Shown here piece by piece: positions 17,743 through 32,056 of a stretch of DNA of 64,000 nt. Numbering within the stretch: position 1 is the stretch's first letter; each line of letters opens with the position of its first letter. The stretch is from positions 62,001-126,000 of the forward strand of contig CAXHJY010000252.1 of the NCBI GenBank assembly GCA_964016885.1, given 5' to 3'. The DNA comes from Eledone cirrhosa. Lineage: Eukaryota. The translations under genes and the position numbers were made by a program. The notes under the pieces are model-generated. The model was given only the letters and a program-made list of their open reading frames with translations, was not told the DNA's origin and made no database searches.

Positions 17743-18566
17743 GAGAGGTATAGAGATTGTTTTAGCAAGAAGCTAACGGCATTCTATAACATATATGCGA
17801 CTATAACGTCAAGATGGGAAAAGTAGTTAACGAAAGATTTAGGAAAAATAACTCAAACACATCTCAAAAGAGAATCAGGATATAAATTCATCCACAGAAT
17901 TTAGTAAAATCCAGGGAAAATCTATAGACCTTTAACTCATGATAAAATAAAGTTTGAAACACTTATCCTTCAATTTGGAATAACATCAAATGCTCTGTAT
18001 AGTCTTAAAAGACTATTTCATGAAAACTTTCAGTGGAGATGGTCACGGTTGGAATTTCAATCATCAGCAGAGCTCAACAGAAAACCAGGGCTCTCACAGT
18101 AATATAATCCGAAAAAGGGAATTCTAAAACTGGCTAGTTCGCCTTCATGTGTATTTATGAAAAAGCACATGAGGAAAAAACGGGGCTAGTGACGTCAGGA
18201 TGGAAGTGAATGTTTATTTACAAGAAATAGCAGTCAAATACATTCTGAAAAAAACTCTACAAAGGAGTTCAGCAAAATAGCAATATTATCACAGTTTTTA
18301 TGAAAAAAACCGGGATTAGTCACAGATAGTTTAAGCACTCTAGGAAAAGAATCCGAGTATAAATATAAATGAGAGGTATAGAGATTGTTTTAGCAAGAAG
18401 CTAACGGCATTCTATAACATATATGCGACTATAACGTCAAGATGGGAAAAGTAGTTAACGAAAGATTTAGGAAAAATAACTCAAACACATCTCAAAAGAG
18501 AATCAGGATATAAATTCATCCACAGAATTTAGTAAAATCCAGGGAAAATCTATAGACCTTTAACTC

Positions 18567-18568
<2 letters not shown>
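17738..18568 (-). mobile_element. Non-coding 628-bp unit with 203-bp direct terminal repeat (retrozyme-like or mini-PLE)
   Basis: 17738-17940 equals 18366-18568. Internal hammerhead, no ORF, (TA)n on both sides. Confidence 0.7.
17992..18073 (-). ncRNA. Type I hammerhead with full stem III
   Basis: GCTCTG-CTGATGA-tTGAAA..TTTCAt-GAAA-TAGTCTT-tt-AAGACTA-TA-CAGAGC. Confidence 0.85.
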
Positions 18569-18625
<57 letters not shown>

Positions 18626-18725
18626 GCGATGAAATACCAATGATGGTTGGCAAATCACTGATGAGGGACTAATTTTATAATATGTAGCCCATGTGCAACC
18701 ACGCAGTATTCCTCTTTCTTCCCAT

Positions 18726-18774
<49 letters not shown>

Positions 18775-18852
18775 TATATCCCGGCTTCCTGATGATTTCT
18801 CCCGAATGGAACAGTTCTAGTCCTGTAGAAGCCTTTTCTATATTAAACATAT

Positions 18853-19128
18853 ATATTGTTATACTTGGGGAGGGTCATATTGTTGTAATATTGCCAGAAA
18901 TAATAACAGAACACACTCACTGTTTGGTTGGTTTTCGCTTCTGCATCTTTTATATCTCCACAGTTCATTTATTTGGCCATCAATGTTTATCATTGATTGA
19001 CCAACGGTTAAAAATACAGATATAAATATATATATATATAGTCTATCAAAGTTCTTTCGTTGCACATCTGCAACATCGTCAGTGGTACTATTATGTTCCC
19101 TCCTATTGTATTGTATTGTAAAGTCTAC
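18853..19128 (-). mobile_element. Solo terminal fragment related to the 4.13-kb PLE, with HHR at 19044-19087
   Basis: Aligns with 45954-46245. CTGACGA-t-GTTGCA-gatg-TGCAAC-GAAA. Confidence 0.8.
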
Positions 19129-19154
19129 GACATATATATAGCAGTAGCAACAGT

Positions 19155-19195
19155 CCGAGCTGAAGATCCGCATAAGGTGAAACATTTGTTCTCGG
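19155..19195 (+). ncRNA. Minimal type I hammerhead
   Basis: CCGAG-CTGAAGA-tCC-gcataa-GGt-GAAA-CAttTG-TT-CTCGG. Confidence 0.7.
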
Positions 19196-19521
19196 TATGG
19201 TGAACTAACTGTTGTGGAACTACTTCTACCAAACTCATCCCATGGACTGAGTATTCTACTACTACGGATATAACCCCCCAGTGTTCTACCTTTATATATA
19301 TATATATATATATATATAACGAAGGAAATGTGGTAAGGAACCAGATGGACCACAACGCACCAAAGTACTCAATACTTAGGGTAGTAGAGTGGGTAATAGG
19401 AACAAGTATGACCCCGACGGCAGAGCTCAAGTCGTTTCGACGGCTAATTCTGGACTCAGAATTAGAGTCCAGAATTAGCCCTCGAAACGGCTTGAGCTCT
19501 GCCGTCGGGGTCATACTTGTT

Positions 19522-19563
<42 letters not shown>

Positions 19564-19752
19564 TATAATTGTTTCTATTTTTGGCACAACGCCAACAATT
19601 ACCCAGTGCATTACTAGTACTTTATTTTATCGACCCCGTAAGGATGAAAGGCAAAGTTAACCTCGGCGGGATTTGAACTCAGACCGTAAAGGGACGTAAC
19701 TCTAAGCTTCAAAGCATGGTGTCCGACTCTCTACCGATACTGCCAATCCACC

Positions 19753-19788
<36 letters not shown>

Positions 19789-19837
19789 GATATGATATGA
19801 TATGATATGATATGATATGATATGATATGATATGATA

Positions 19838-19935
<98 letters not shown>

Positions 19936-20603
19936 GTGTAGGATGGTCTATGCTAGCTTTAAAATGCCCCAGACACACAGTATGTTATGACGGCGCCGGA
20001 TGGGCTCTGGCAAGTTTTAAAATACCCAAGACACACGCCTTGCGACGTGACTGCTCCTCCCTTGCCAAGGTTCACCAAAAGTTAAGGCCCCGTATTTTTT
20101 CTTCTCTCTTTAAAACGAGTAGGTAGAGAAATGAAGTTTAAATATAAACCCAGTGGATGTTCTTATCTGAAAACAACAGATGTAAAGCTTTTATATAGCC
20201 GTTATCAGGGAAGATTCGCCTCCACACCATTATCTCTGTTAAAATGGCGACGATAGATGTGTTGTTAACATATTTTGGTCATCTCAAAATTACGTTTATT
20301 TTGCAAGTCACGGAATAAGCCAACCCCTTTGGTGGCTAGCTTCAGCTGCTACAAATAGCAGCAAAATCTCCCTCATCTTCAATAGCTATTCTGTCTCTTT
20401 TTTCACTATAAACATACACCTATATAATGATACAAATACGTTATCTATAAGGTAGTAAGGTAGTGAATTCCTACCAGTATGTCCGAGACCTCTAGCAGAC
20501 AAGTGAAGAGGGGACTGTCCCTTGTTTGTGCTTTCCTTTTATTTCTAAATACACTTTATCAAGTAACCACACGGCCCCTTGTTCCTTCTAAATATATATA
20601 TAT

Positions 20604-21059
20604 AAATGTAAGCTATCGCCGTATTTTGACTAAAGAAATTAAAGAAATTATTTAGCCTGATAGTGGGGTTAAGAACCCTCGGAGAAATGGAAAAAGATGT
20701 GTATTGGCGTACATGGGAGTCGAACCCACAACTTTGGTTATCCGGACCACTGTGCTACCATTTACACCTACACATCACCCGTCTTTTTCCATTCAAATTA
20801 GAAGCTATAAACTTAGCGACTGTAATGTCAAGTAAGACGGGTGATGTGTTGCTATAAATGGTAGCACAGTGGTCCGGATAACCAAAGATGTGGGTTCGAC
20901 TCCCAGGTACGTCAATACTCATCTTTTTCCATTTCTCCGAGGGTTCTTAACCCCACTATCAGGCTAAATAATTTCTTTAATTTCTTTAGTCAAAATACGG
21001 CGATAGCTTACATTTCTAATAATTTCAAACCCACTCGCTGTTTCGAAAATATTCTTACT

Positions 21060-21062
<3 letters not shown>
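20604..21062. mobile_element. Fold-back insert carrying a tRNA-like segment
   Basis: Arms 20604-20785 / 20834-21015, extension 21016-21062. B-box GGTTCGACTCC at 20893-20903. Confidence 0.8.
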
Positions 21063-21125
<63 letters not shown>

Positions 21126-21819
21126 GAATAATCGAGTATCGGAAAATCAGCTCACGAATTAACGATAAACAATATCCGATATGAGTGGCAGAGGGCTCAA
21201 TAATTTGGATAAATCAGAGCTATAACCATCGTTAAATTACCAACACATAGAGATTATGCCTAAAATCACCCGTACAGCCGAAACAAACAAACACACACAC
21301 ACACAAATGCATACAGACATACATACGGCCAACTATTGTCTTGCATGATTGCCTTCGAGTCAAAAACACCTTTTTTCCTCTTCCTTTTCCCCTTATAGCC
21401 TCTGGGAATGTGTTTACCATTGTTCCTTTTTATATAACTATTATGCAATATACGCTTGATGACGTCACCAAGATTCTACATAACCTGGCCACTGAAATGT
21501 ACATAGAGTACATAGTGTTTGCAGATTGCAGATTTCCTTGTGCAGCCTGTCATTTTACTCAATATGATATATATATATGTATTTATATATATATATGTCA
21601 TATATATATATATATATATAGGAACCAGTAAGACCCCGACGGCTGAGCTCAAGCCGTTTCGACGGCAAATTCTGGACTAATTAGTCCAGAATTAGCCGTC
21701 GAAACAGCTTGAGCTCAGCCGTCGGGGTCTTACTGGTTCCTATTACCCACTCTACTACCCCAAGTATTGAGTACTTTGGTGCGTTATGGTCCACCTGGTT
21801 CCTTACCACATTTCCTTCG

Positions 21820-21871
<52 letters not shown>

Positions 21872-21928
21872 ATACTTTGGGAGGCTCACACACAGAAACA
21901 TTTCCTTCGTTATATATATATATATATA

Positions 21929-22285
21929 TATTGTTATACTTTGAGAGGGTCACACACAGAAACAAAATGGCGTAGGATAGAAGAAAGGAAAGGCACAGAA
22001 ACAAAGAAAGGAATCCCCAGTCACTGAAGAGGTCACAGAGTGTGTGACGAAAGGACTATGACTATATATAAACAACTATCTGGTTGTGGAACCAACCAAC
22101 CAACCAGAAATTTATAAGTTTGTAGATTTGTAAATTTATAAATTTATAAATATATAATAAATTGAAGTGAAAGCAACTGGTGCGTGTGTTTCTTATTGGC
22201 AACATGACCCTCCCAAAGTATAACAATATCGGTTTCAACACACGATTTCAGATAAAGAATCTTGCTAAACAAATTCAGAAACGAT
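21929..22285 (+). mobile_element. PLE family B terminal fragment with short inverted arm
   Basis: Contains ATGACCCTCCCAAAGTAT (MTLPKY). 21929-21953 is the inverted copy of that start. Confidence 0.8.
22019..22063 (+). ncRNA. Type I hammerhead
   Basis: AGTCA-CTGAAGA-g-GTCACA-gagtg-TGTGAC-GAAA-ggac-TA-TGACT. Confidence 0.8.
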
Positions 22286-22473
22286 ATATATATATATATA
22301 TATATAATGTATAATAAACAATACAATATAATTACCTCATTACCAGAGGTTTCCCGAATAAGACGAATACAAGAAACGTCCTCATTCGTTCGTAGTACTC
22401 AATACTTAGGGTAGTAGAGTGGGTAATAGGAAAAGGTATGAACCCGACGGCAGAGCTCAAGCCGTTTCGACGG

Positions 22474-22520
<47 letters not shown>

Positions 22521-22663
22521 TATATATATATATATATGAAACTATTTTTTGAATAAATCTCCACCAATAGAAAGAGAGTAGGTTTCTAGCATAGAAACAG
22601 GATTCTTTTATTGGAATTTAGACATCAACTAGGTAAATACATAAGTATATTTGTATGTGTTTG

Positions 22664-22702
<39 letters not shown>

Positions 22703-22734
22703 GTGTGTGTGTGTCAGTGTGTGTGTCAGTGTGT

Positions 22735-22882
22735 GTGTGTGTGTCAGTGTGTGTTTGTGTTTACCATTATATGTGTACACGGGTATATATATATGTGTGT
22801 GCCTGTGTGGATGTGTGTGTGTGTGTTAGTGTGTGTTTGTGTTTACCATTATATGTGTACACGGGTATATATATATGTGTGG

Positions 22883-22920
<38 letters not shown>

Positions 22921-23131
22921 GTATGTGTGTGTGTTTACCATTATATGTGTACACGGGTATATATATATGTGTGTGCCTGTATGGATGTGTGTGTGTGTGT
23001 TAGTGTGTGTTTGTGTTTACCATTATATGTGTACACGGGTATATATATATGTGTGTGCGTGTGTGGATGTGGATGTGTGTGTGTGTGTGTGTCAGTGTGT
23101 ATCTGTGTTTACCATTATATGTGTACACGGG

Positions 23132-23205
<74 letters not shown>

Positions 23206-23385
23206 AGTGTGTGTCTGTGTTTACCATTATATGTGTACACGGGTATATATATATGTGTGTGCATGTGTGTGTGTCTGTGTGGATGTGGATGTGTGTGTGT
23301 GTGTGTGTGTGTGTGTCAGTGTGTGTCTGTGTTTACCATTATATGTGTACACGGGTATATATATATGTGTGTGTGTGTGTGTGTC

Positions 23386-23421
<36 letters not shown>

Positions 23422-23459
23422 AGTGTGTGTCTGTGTTTACCATTATATGTGTACACGGG

Positions 23460-23494
<35 letters not shown>

Positions 23495-23599
23495 CAGTGT
23501 GTGTCTGTGTGGATGTGGATGTGTGTGTGTCTGTGCGTGTGTGCGTGTGTGTGTGTGTGTCAGTGTGTGTCTGTGTTTACCATTATATGTGTACACGGG

Positions 23600-23638
<39 letters not shown>

Positions 23639-23690
23639 CAGTGCGTGTCTGTGTTTACCATTATATGTGTACACGGGTATATATATGTCT
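22735..23690. repeat. Minisatellite: constant core x10 with variable (GT)n spacers
   Basis: Core gtgtttaccattatatgtgtacacgggtatatata. Confidence 0.9.
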
Positions 23691-24122
23691 GTATCTATAC
23701 ATGTGTACATAACAGCTATTACATGTGGAATTTCTGAAAGGTTTCCCTATCTTTTCAGTTCCAGTAATGGATTGTACCTGAACATTCCTAATTAGTCGTT
23801 CTCTTCTGTTTCTGCCGGGCCCAACCTCTTCAGATGTATGTATGTGTGTGTATGTGTGTATGTATGTATGTATGTGTGTATGTGTGTATCTGTGTGTGTA
23901 TGTGTGTATCTCTGTGTGTGTGTGTATGTGTGTATGTGTGTATGTATGAATGAATGAATGTGTGTATGTGTGTGTGTGTGTGTATGTATGTGTGTGTGTG
24001 CATGTATGTAAGTATGTAGGTGTGTATGTATGTATGTATGTATGTATGTATGTATGTATGTATGTGTGTATGTATGTATGCATGTGTTTATGTGTGTATG
24101 TGTGTATGTGTGTATGTATGTG

Positions 24123-24153
<31 letters not shown>

Positions 24154-24326
24154 GTATGTAGGTGTGTATGTGTGTATGTGTGTATGTATGTATGTGTGTA
24201 TGTATGTATGTATGTATGTATGTATGTATGTATGTATGTATGTGTTTATGTGTGTATGTGTGTATGTATGTAGGTGTGTATGTATGTATGTATGTATGTA
24301 TGTATGTATGTATGTATGTATGTATG

Positions 24327-24357
<31 letters not shown>

Positions 24358-24561
24358 GTATGTAGGTGTGTATGTGTGTATGTATGTATGTGTGTATGTA
24401 TGTATGTATGTATGTATCTATGTATGTATGTGTTTATGTGTGTATGTGTGTATGTATGTAGGTGTGTATGTATGTATGTATGTATGTATGTATGTATGTA
24501 TGTATGTAGGTGTGTATGTATGTATGTATGTATGTATGTATGTATGTATGTATGTATGTAT

Positions 24562-24843
24562 GGTTAAGAGAGTGGGACTGGCTTTGTGCAGTGCCTTTGC
24601 TCACTATAAAAGCTTCACGGCACAGGCATTGCTTTATATCTGGAGATCTCTCTGCACTTGTCATCACATGGTACCATGGGCCTAGCACTATGTGTCAATA
24701 ATTGTCACAAGTGTAGTGTTTGTACCAGAGTTTTCAAGTCCCTGGCTGGACTAAAAAGTCACACTCGTTCAGCGCATCGGTAGGGGTTCTCCTACATGGA
24801 TATAAAGTAGTGGCCGTACTCGAAAACGAGTTGGCAGCCACCA
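24562..24843 (+). mobile_element. 5'-truncated copy of the 6410-6865 element in (TATG)n
   Basis: Near-identity to 6584-6865. Confidence 0.8.
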
Positions 24844-24871
24844 TGTATATATATATATATATATATGTGTG

Positions 24872-24907
<36 letters not shown>

Positions 24908-25047
24908 TATATATGTATGTGTGTATGTATGTATGTAGGTATATATCTATGTATGTAGGTATGTATGTGTGTGTGTCTGTATGTATGTATGTATATATGT
25001 ATGTATATATGTATGTATGTATGTATGTAGGTATGTTTGTGTGTATG

Positions 25048-25090
<43 letters not shown>

Positions 25091-25280
25091 TGTCCGTTTG
25101 TTTGTATGTACGTACGTATGTATGTATGTATATATGTAAGTAAGCTTGTGTATGTGCATGCATGCATGTATGTGTATGTACGTATGTATGTGTGTAAGCT
25201 TGTGTATGAGTGTGCATGTGCGTATGTGTGTATATATATATATATATTTAGAGATAGAGAGAGAGAGGTGTATGTGAATT

Positions 25281-25336
<56 letters not shown>

Positions 25337-25337
25337 C

Positions 25338-25439
<102 letters not shown>

Positions 25440-25514
25440 GTATATATATATAGAGAGAGAGAGAGAGGGGGGGGGGGGGAGAAAGAGGTGGATGTGAATT
25501 TATATATATATATA

Positions 25515-25704
<190 letters not shown>

Positions 25705-25938
25705 TGTAATAGCAATGTCACTTTTGATATTGAAACTTATTGGAAGTGGAGGATGTGGACCAAGCGTCGATAGGTGGAGGCCCCTTAGGACGTTTGTTAG
25801 TTGAACAATCTGGAAAATATCAAGCATGTTATTAGAAAACTGATAAACCAGAAGACACGTAGATATATGAGGTTTGTCATGGTGTGTGTATATATGTGTG
25901 TGTGTGTGTATAAAACTCTCTATATATATATATATTAT

Positions 25939-26004
<66 letters not shown>

Positions 26005-26350
26005 AAAGTTCTATTTAAATTGTTGGGATACAACAAGCAAAATATTTTTATAATTGATATAAAGCACTCAACAAATATTTGGAGTAAAAATACGATATTA
26101 ACAAATGGAAACTATATTTATAAAACCATATTTATTTCATTATACATATTTCAAGGACACCAAGTTAAATTATGGTGTGCTTTCATCAGATAAAATATAA
26201 TATAGATCAGTTTTCTAAATAAATATTGACATACCCTTAAAGAATGCGACCATTTCTGTTGGAAGCTCCCGGATAGTGGGGTTGTAGCTTAATTATATTA
26301 TTAGTATTGGAAATTTTTATTTTTAAAATAAGCCATTGGGTTACGGCTAG
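26005..26350 (-). mobile_element. PLE-type terminal fragment with hammerhead at 26133-26197
   Basis: TATTTTAT-CTGATGA-aAGcACACCA..TGGTGTcCTt-GAAA-tatgta-TA-ATGAAATA. Relatives at 1363-1395, 57925-58290 and 62700-62822. Confidence 0.75.
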
Positions 26351-26351
26351 T

Positions 26352-26452
<101 letters not shown>

Positions 26453-26463
26453 TATATATATAT

Positions 26464-26543
<80 letters not shown>

Positions 26544-26653
26544 GTATATATATATATATATATACAGGTATATATATATATAAATATATGTATATATATA
26601 TATATGTATGTATATATATATATATAACGTATATACATATATATAAATATATG

Positions 26654-26754
<101 letters not shown>

Positions 26755-26871
26755 ATGTGTGTGTTTATGTGTGTGTGTACATAAATATTTATGTATGCGA
26801 AAAGTCCACGAGGAAAAACAATACAGATGAACAATATAGTACAATAATATTATATAAGTAGCGAAAATAGC

Positions 26872-26905
26872 CTTAACGTTTCGGACATTTGTCCTTCATC
26901 AGAAG
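26872..26905 (-). ncRNA. Minimal hammerhead
   Basis: CTT-CTGATGA-a-GGAC-aaat-GTCC-GAAA-CG-TT-AAG, with palindromic ACGT stem III. Confidence 0.75.
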
Positions 26906-27087
26906 TTGAAATGAGAAAACGAAGTAAAGGAAATTAGTTTCCACGGGAGGAAAGGACGTGTCTTTCGTAGTTCCTCCTTTTTTCTCCTCCTGCTCCTCCT
27001 GTCCCCTTTTATTCCCTGAATGTCTATAGATAAAGAGGGGAGAGAAGGGAATGATGGAAGCAGAGAAATATGGATAAAGAGATAACA

Positions 27088-28140
27088 GGGTATATCCGTG
27101 TGTATATATGTATATGTGTGTGTATATATGTATATCTGTGTGTATATATGTATATATGTGTGTATATATGTATATCTGTGTGTATATATGTATACGTGTG
27201 TGTATATATGTATATATGTGTGTGTATATATGTATATCCGTGTGTATATATGTATATGTGTGTGTATATATGTATATGTGTGTGTATATATGTATATGTG
27301 TGTGTATATATGTATATATGTGTGTGTATATATGTATATCCGTGTGTATATATGTATATGTGTGTGTATATATGTATATGTGTGTGTATATATGTATATG
27401 TGTGTGTATATATGTATATGTGTGTGTATATCTGTGTGTATATATGTATACGTGTGTGTATATATGTATACGTGTGTGTATATATGTATATGTGTGTGTA
27501 TATATGTATATGTGTGTGTATATATGTATATGTGTGTGTATATATGTATATGTGTGTGTATATATGTATATCTGTGTGTATATATGTATATGTGTGTGTA
27601 TATATGTATACGTGTGTGTATATATGTATATCTGTGTGTATATATGTATACGTGTGTGTATATATGTATATGTGTGTGTATATATGTATATCTGTGTGTA
27701 TATATGTATATGTGTGTGTATATATGTACACGCGTGTGTATATATGTATATGTGTGTGTATATATGTATACGTGTGTGTATATATGTATACGTGTGTGTA
27801 TATATGTATATCTGTGTGTATATATGTATACGTGTATGTATATATGTATATGTGTGTGTATATATGTATATATGTGTGTATATATGTTTACGTGTGTGTA
27901 TATATGTATATGTGTGTGTATATATGTATATGTGTGTGTATATATGTATACGTGTATGTATATATGTATATGTGTGTGTATATATGTATATGTGTGTGTA
28001 TACATGTATACGTGTGTGTATATATGTATATGTGTGTGTATATATGTATATGTGTGTGTGTATATATGTATACGTGTGTGTATATATGTATATGTCTGTG
28101 TATATATGTATATGTGTGTTTATATATGTATATGTGTGTG
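27088..28140. repeat. 20-bp minisatellite, ~50 copies
   Basis: Unit tgtgtgtgtatatatgtata with c/g variants. Confidence 0.95.
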
Positions 28141-28204
28141 TGGGGCGAGGCGGTGACATTCGATATTCAATAAAACGTTTTAAGGCGCAACTTCATTATC
28201 CTAT

Positions 28205-28258
<54 letters not shown>

Positions 28259-28267
28259 TTTAGCTAT

Positions 28268-28363
<96 letters not shown>

Positions 28364-28627
28364 CGCGAGAGATAAGATATATAGAAAATAGAGCAAGTTA
28401 TTCAGATCTCCCTAGAGGCTACGCAAGGCTGCAAATATCAAGTCCATTGTTCCATTGTGGTTAACTCCATTAAATATTGGAATTAAGTTATTGGATCTGG
28501 TTCGTCTTAGGAAAGTGTCTATTGAATAAATTCTTCAGTTTCGTCGATAAAATATCTATTGCTCCGTGAAGAGTGCCATTATAGCAACACGTGTCTACAA
28601 ACTATAAAACCAGTAGCAAATATTCCA

Positions 28628-28705
<78 letters not shown>

Positions 28706-29478
28706 GAATTTGCCGACGACATAGTTTTGGTGACAAATACAGTGAAGGAGGCAGAGGATTTGATGCGGGAGGTTGAGACTGTGTCGATGAGTGTGGGGCT
28801 GAGAATGAATGAGACTAAAACAAAATATCTGGTAGAGAATGTTGAGAAGCCAGAGGGGATCACTAATGTAGGCGGGAAGCCGCTGGAATTGGTTGAGGAC
28901 TTCCTGTATTTGGGAGCAAAGATTGGGAATACGGAAGATGATGTGGTTGAGAGGAAGAGCAAGGCCTGGGCGGCGTGTCACAGCTTGAGATCGGTGTGGA
29001 AGTCGGACCTTCGTAGAGACCTGAAAATCCGCCTCTTCATTGCTGTAGTGGAGTCTGTGCTGCTGTATGGGTCTGAGACTTGGACACTGACCAAGAGACT
29101 CACTCAGATGGTGGATGGGTGCTACACGAGAATGCTGAGGATGGCTCTGAACATTAATCAGTATACACTGAGGATGAAAAACTCAGAGCTGTATGGGAGC
29201 ATCCCAAAAGTCAGCTCAAAAGTGACACAGAGGAGACTGAGGTTGGCTGGACATGCTCACCGACATCCAGAGTTGACATTGCACTCAGTGCTCCTTTGGG
29301 AGCCCCTACATGGACACACTAGAAGAGGAAGACCAAGGTTAACATATGTTGATGCCCTAAGGACAGACACTGGTCTGTTGGAGATGCAGGATATGGCAGC
29401 GATAATGAGGGACAGAGACCGCTGGAGAGAACTCGTCCATGGATCTCGGGAATTTTACCCGCCTTAGATAGATAGATA
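28706..29478 (+). mobile_element. 5'-truncated RTE-like LINE (C-terminal RT ORF 28706-29467)
   Basis: FADD, FLYLG, LLYGSETWTLT, RRLRLAGH and RGRP motifs in an uninterrupted frame. A (TAGA)n tail begins at the stop codon. Confidence 0.9.
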
Positions 29479-29481
29479 TAT

Positions 29482-29865
29482 ATAAATATCTTTAAGTCAT
29501 TTGGAAGCCTCGACAATGCAAATGGGTAAATCTCCGGGTAACAAGATCCGGTGGTGGAGAGAGAGATGTAAGTGGGTGTACGTTGAGATGCGTGGCGTGT
29601 ATAAGACTGTAACGTGTAGAGGAATGAAGGAAAGAGCGTAAAGGATAAAATAAAAATAACAACACAAGAGAGAGTTACCTTGGGATCCTACACATTTACA
29701 CATCTTTACACACCACGCATCTCAACGTACACCCACTTACATCTCTCTCTCCACCACCGGATCTTGTTACCCGGAGATTTACCCATTTGTATTGTCGAGG
29801 CTTCCAAACGACTTAAAGATATTTATTTATTATTCCACAATGCTTCAAGCAAACTTCAATACTCT

Positions 29866-29868
<3 letters not shown>
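29482..29868. mobile_element. Fold-back insert
   Basis: Arms 29482-29606 / 29703-29826, ~40-bp extension, then (TA)n. Confidence 0.85.
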
Positions 29869-29936
<68 letters not shown>

Positions 29937-30059
29937 TGTATATATATTGTTGGTAGGTTGTAGCATAGCTGGATGGTTAAGATGTTAGCTTTGTAATCAT
30001 GACGTTTTGTGTTGACTTGGCAAAGTATGTGTGAAAGTATCAAAATATGTGTTATTATC

Positions 30060-30345
30060 CTAGCTTAGAATGCCGTCCCATGTCTTGTGTGAGATCTCGT
30101 GTTATCTCGGGCAAGTAAATGTCCTTACTCTAGCTTTCACTGTCCCAGGCCTTGTGTGAAATATCGTGGTATCTCGGGCAAGTAAACGTCATTACCCTAA
30201 CTTCCGTCAGTTGTCCCAGCACTTGTGTGAGATCTCGTGATATCTCGGGCAGGTAAATTTCCTTACCCTAGCTTTGACTATCGTCCCAGGTCTTGTGAAA
30301 TCTCGTGATACCTCGGGCAGGTAAATATCCTTACCCTAACTTCGT
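30060..30345. repeat. Degenerate ~70-bp tandem x4
   Basis: cttgtgtgagatctcgtg.tatctcgggca.gtaaa at ~30084, 30151, 30222 and 30292. Confidence 0.75.
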
Positions 30346-30643
30346 CTATCGTAACCTTAATTCTACATATATTTCAATTTATATTGGTAAACCCCAATAT
30401 AACCAAACACACACACACTCTTTCTCTCTCTTACACACACACACACACGCACACACACACATACACACACACACAAACACACATACACACATACACACAC
30501 ACATGTATAGGATTTGTGTCCAAAACATTAACACTTCCTACTATATCAAGCGTAAAACTAATAATATATTTTTTCATTATACTGTGGCGTTTGCTTTGTT
30601 ATTTCTGTTTACCTTTGAATCCGAGACTCGCACACACACACAG

Positions 30644-30675
<32 letters not shown>

Positions 30676-30706
30676 AGACACACAGACACACACACACACA
30701 GACACA

Positions 30707-30827
<121 letters not shown>

Positions 30828-30949
30828 GTGTATATATGTATATGTATATATATATATGTATATATATATTGTATATATATATATATGTATCTCTATATAT
30901 ATAACGTGTTACATTGTAATTATATAGATAACGTTTGTTACAATATAAT

Positions 30950-30992
<43 letters not shown>

Positions 30993-31331
30993 TGACGCCA
31001 ATTTACTTCGATATACAATGACTACGATTTCCGGTCACATCTCCATTTAACCAATCTAGTTCCGGTAGTCTCTTGTTCAAAATAGAATCTCCTCTGAATC
31101 AGTCTCCTTCCGGTATTCTCTTATTCAAAATAGTATCTCCCCATAAAATATTGTTATGAGATGTTCAATACAACTAGTCGCCATTACTTTCGTCTTTTAT
31201 TGGTTCATATTGGTTGATTCCCATAAAACAACTGATCTATATCCAAGATAAATTGGTTTCGTCGGGAAGTTCATTTTATTTCGTTTCGTTATGTTTTTAT
31301 TGCAGCTTCAGATTCGATGTGGTTCTTGATA

Positions 31332-31450
<119 letters not shown>

Positions 31451-31858
31451 CTTTTCTTTCGCACCCTTGGTCAGGCAGGTCGCTTTTTTTCTCTCTCTCT
31501 CGTCTACGATTTCACAGAACTTACGTTCACCGAATTCACAGACTAGATCCCTTCTTCCTCCCGTTAGACCTGTACGGAATTCCTTCCTTGCTCACATTCC
31601 AACCAGGTTTGATGGTCTTTATTCTCTCTCGTTCACGATTTCACCGAATTTATATTCATGGAAATTTGGGACTTGACTCCTTCTTCCTCATTTTTCGTTT
31701 TTTCACCATCTTTGTTTGTTTACTCTCTCGTGTCCCCTTTATTTACGTGTCCCAACGACTTTTTTTAGCCGTTCCTCGCACCAACCGGAGGTATATGGTC
31801 TTTAAAGCGATGAAATACCAATGATGGTTGGAAGATCACTGATGAAGGACTAACTTTA

Positions 31859-31911
<53 letters not shown>

Positions 31912-32056
31912 TTAGTTATACTATTTATGGTTATGTAAATACAAAACCTTAAGCAGTTGTAAGTATTTTACACACACCCTAAATAGTGGTAGGCAGTAAT
32001 GTATTACTACCTTATTACCAGTAAGTTAAGTAGCTCAATGTAAAAACATCAGATGA

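Noticed and set aside
18658-18690. CTGATGA-GGGACTA..TAGCCC (related sequence at 31839)
   Set aside because: No GAAA half follows, so it is at most a truncated HHR.
22735-23690. CRISPR-like repeat/spacer appearance
   Set aside because: The spacers are only (GT)n, there are no cas genes, and the context is eukaryotic.
28559-28705. N-terminal part of the 302-aa ORF
   Set aside because: Read-through from flanking DNA and (CA)/(TA) repeats. LINE homology starts at ~28706.
32054-32056. In-frame TGA upstream of the Naiad-like ORF as selenocysteine
   Set aside because: It lies at the 5' truncation boundary, the conserved Cys positions are ordinary codons, and I identified no SECIS.
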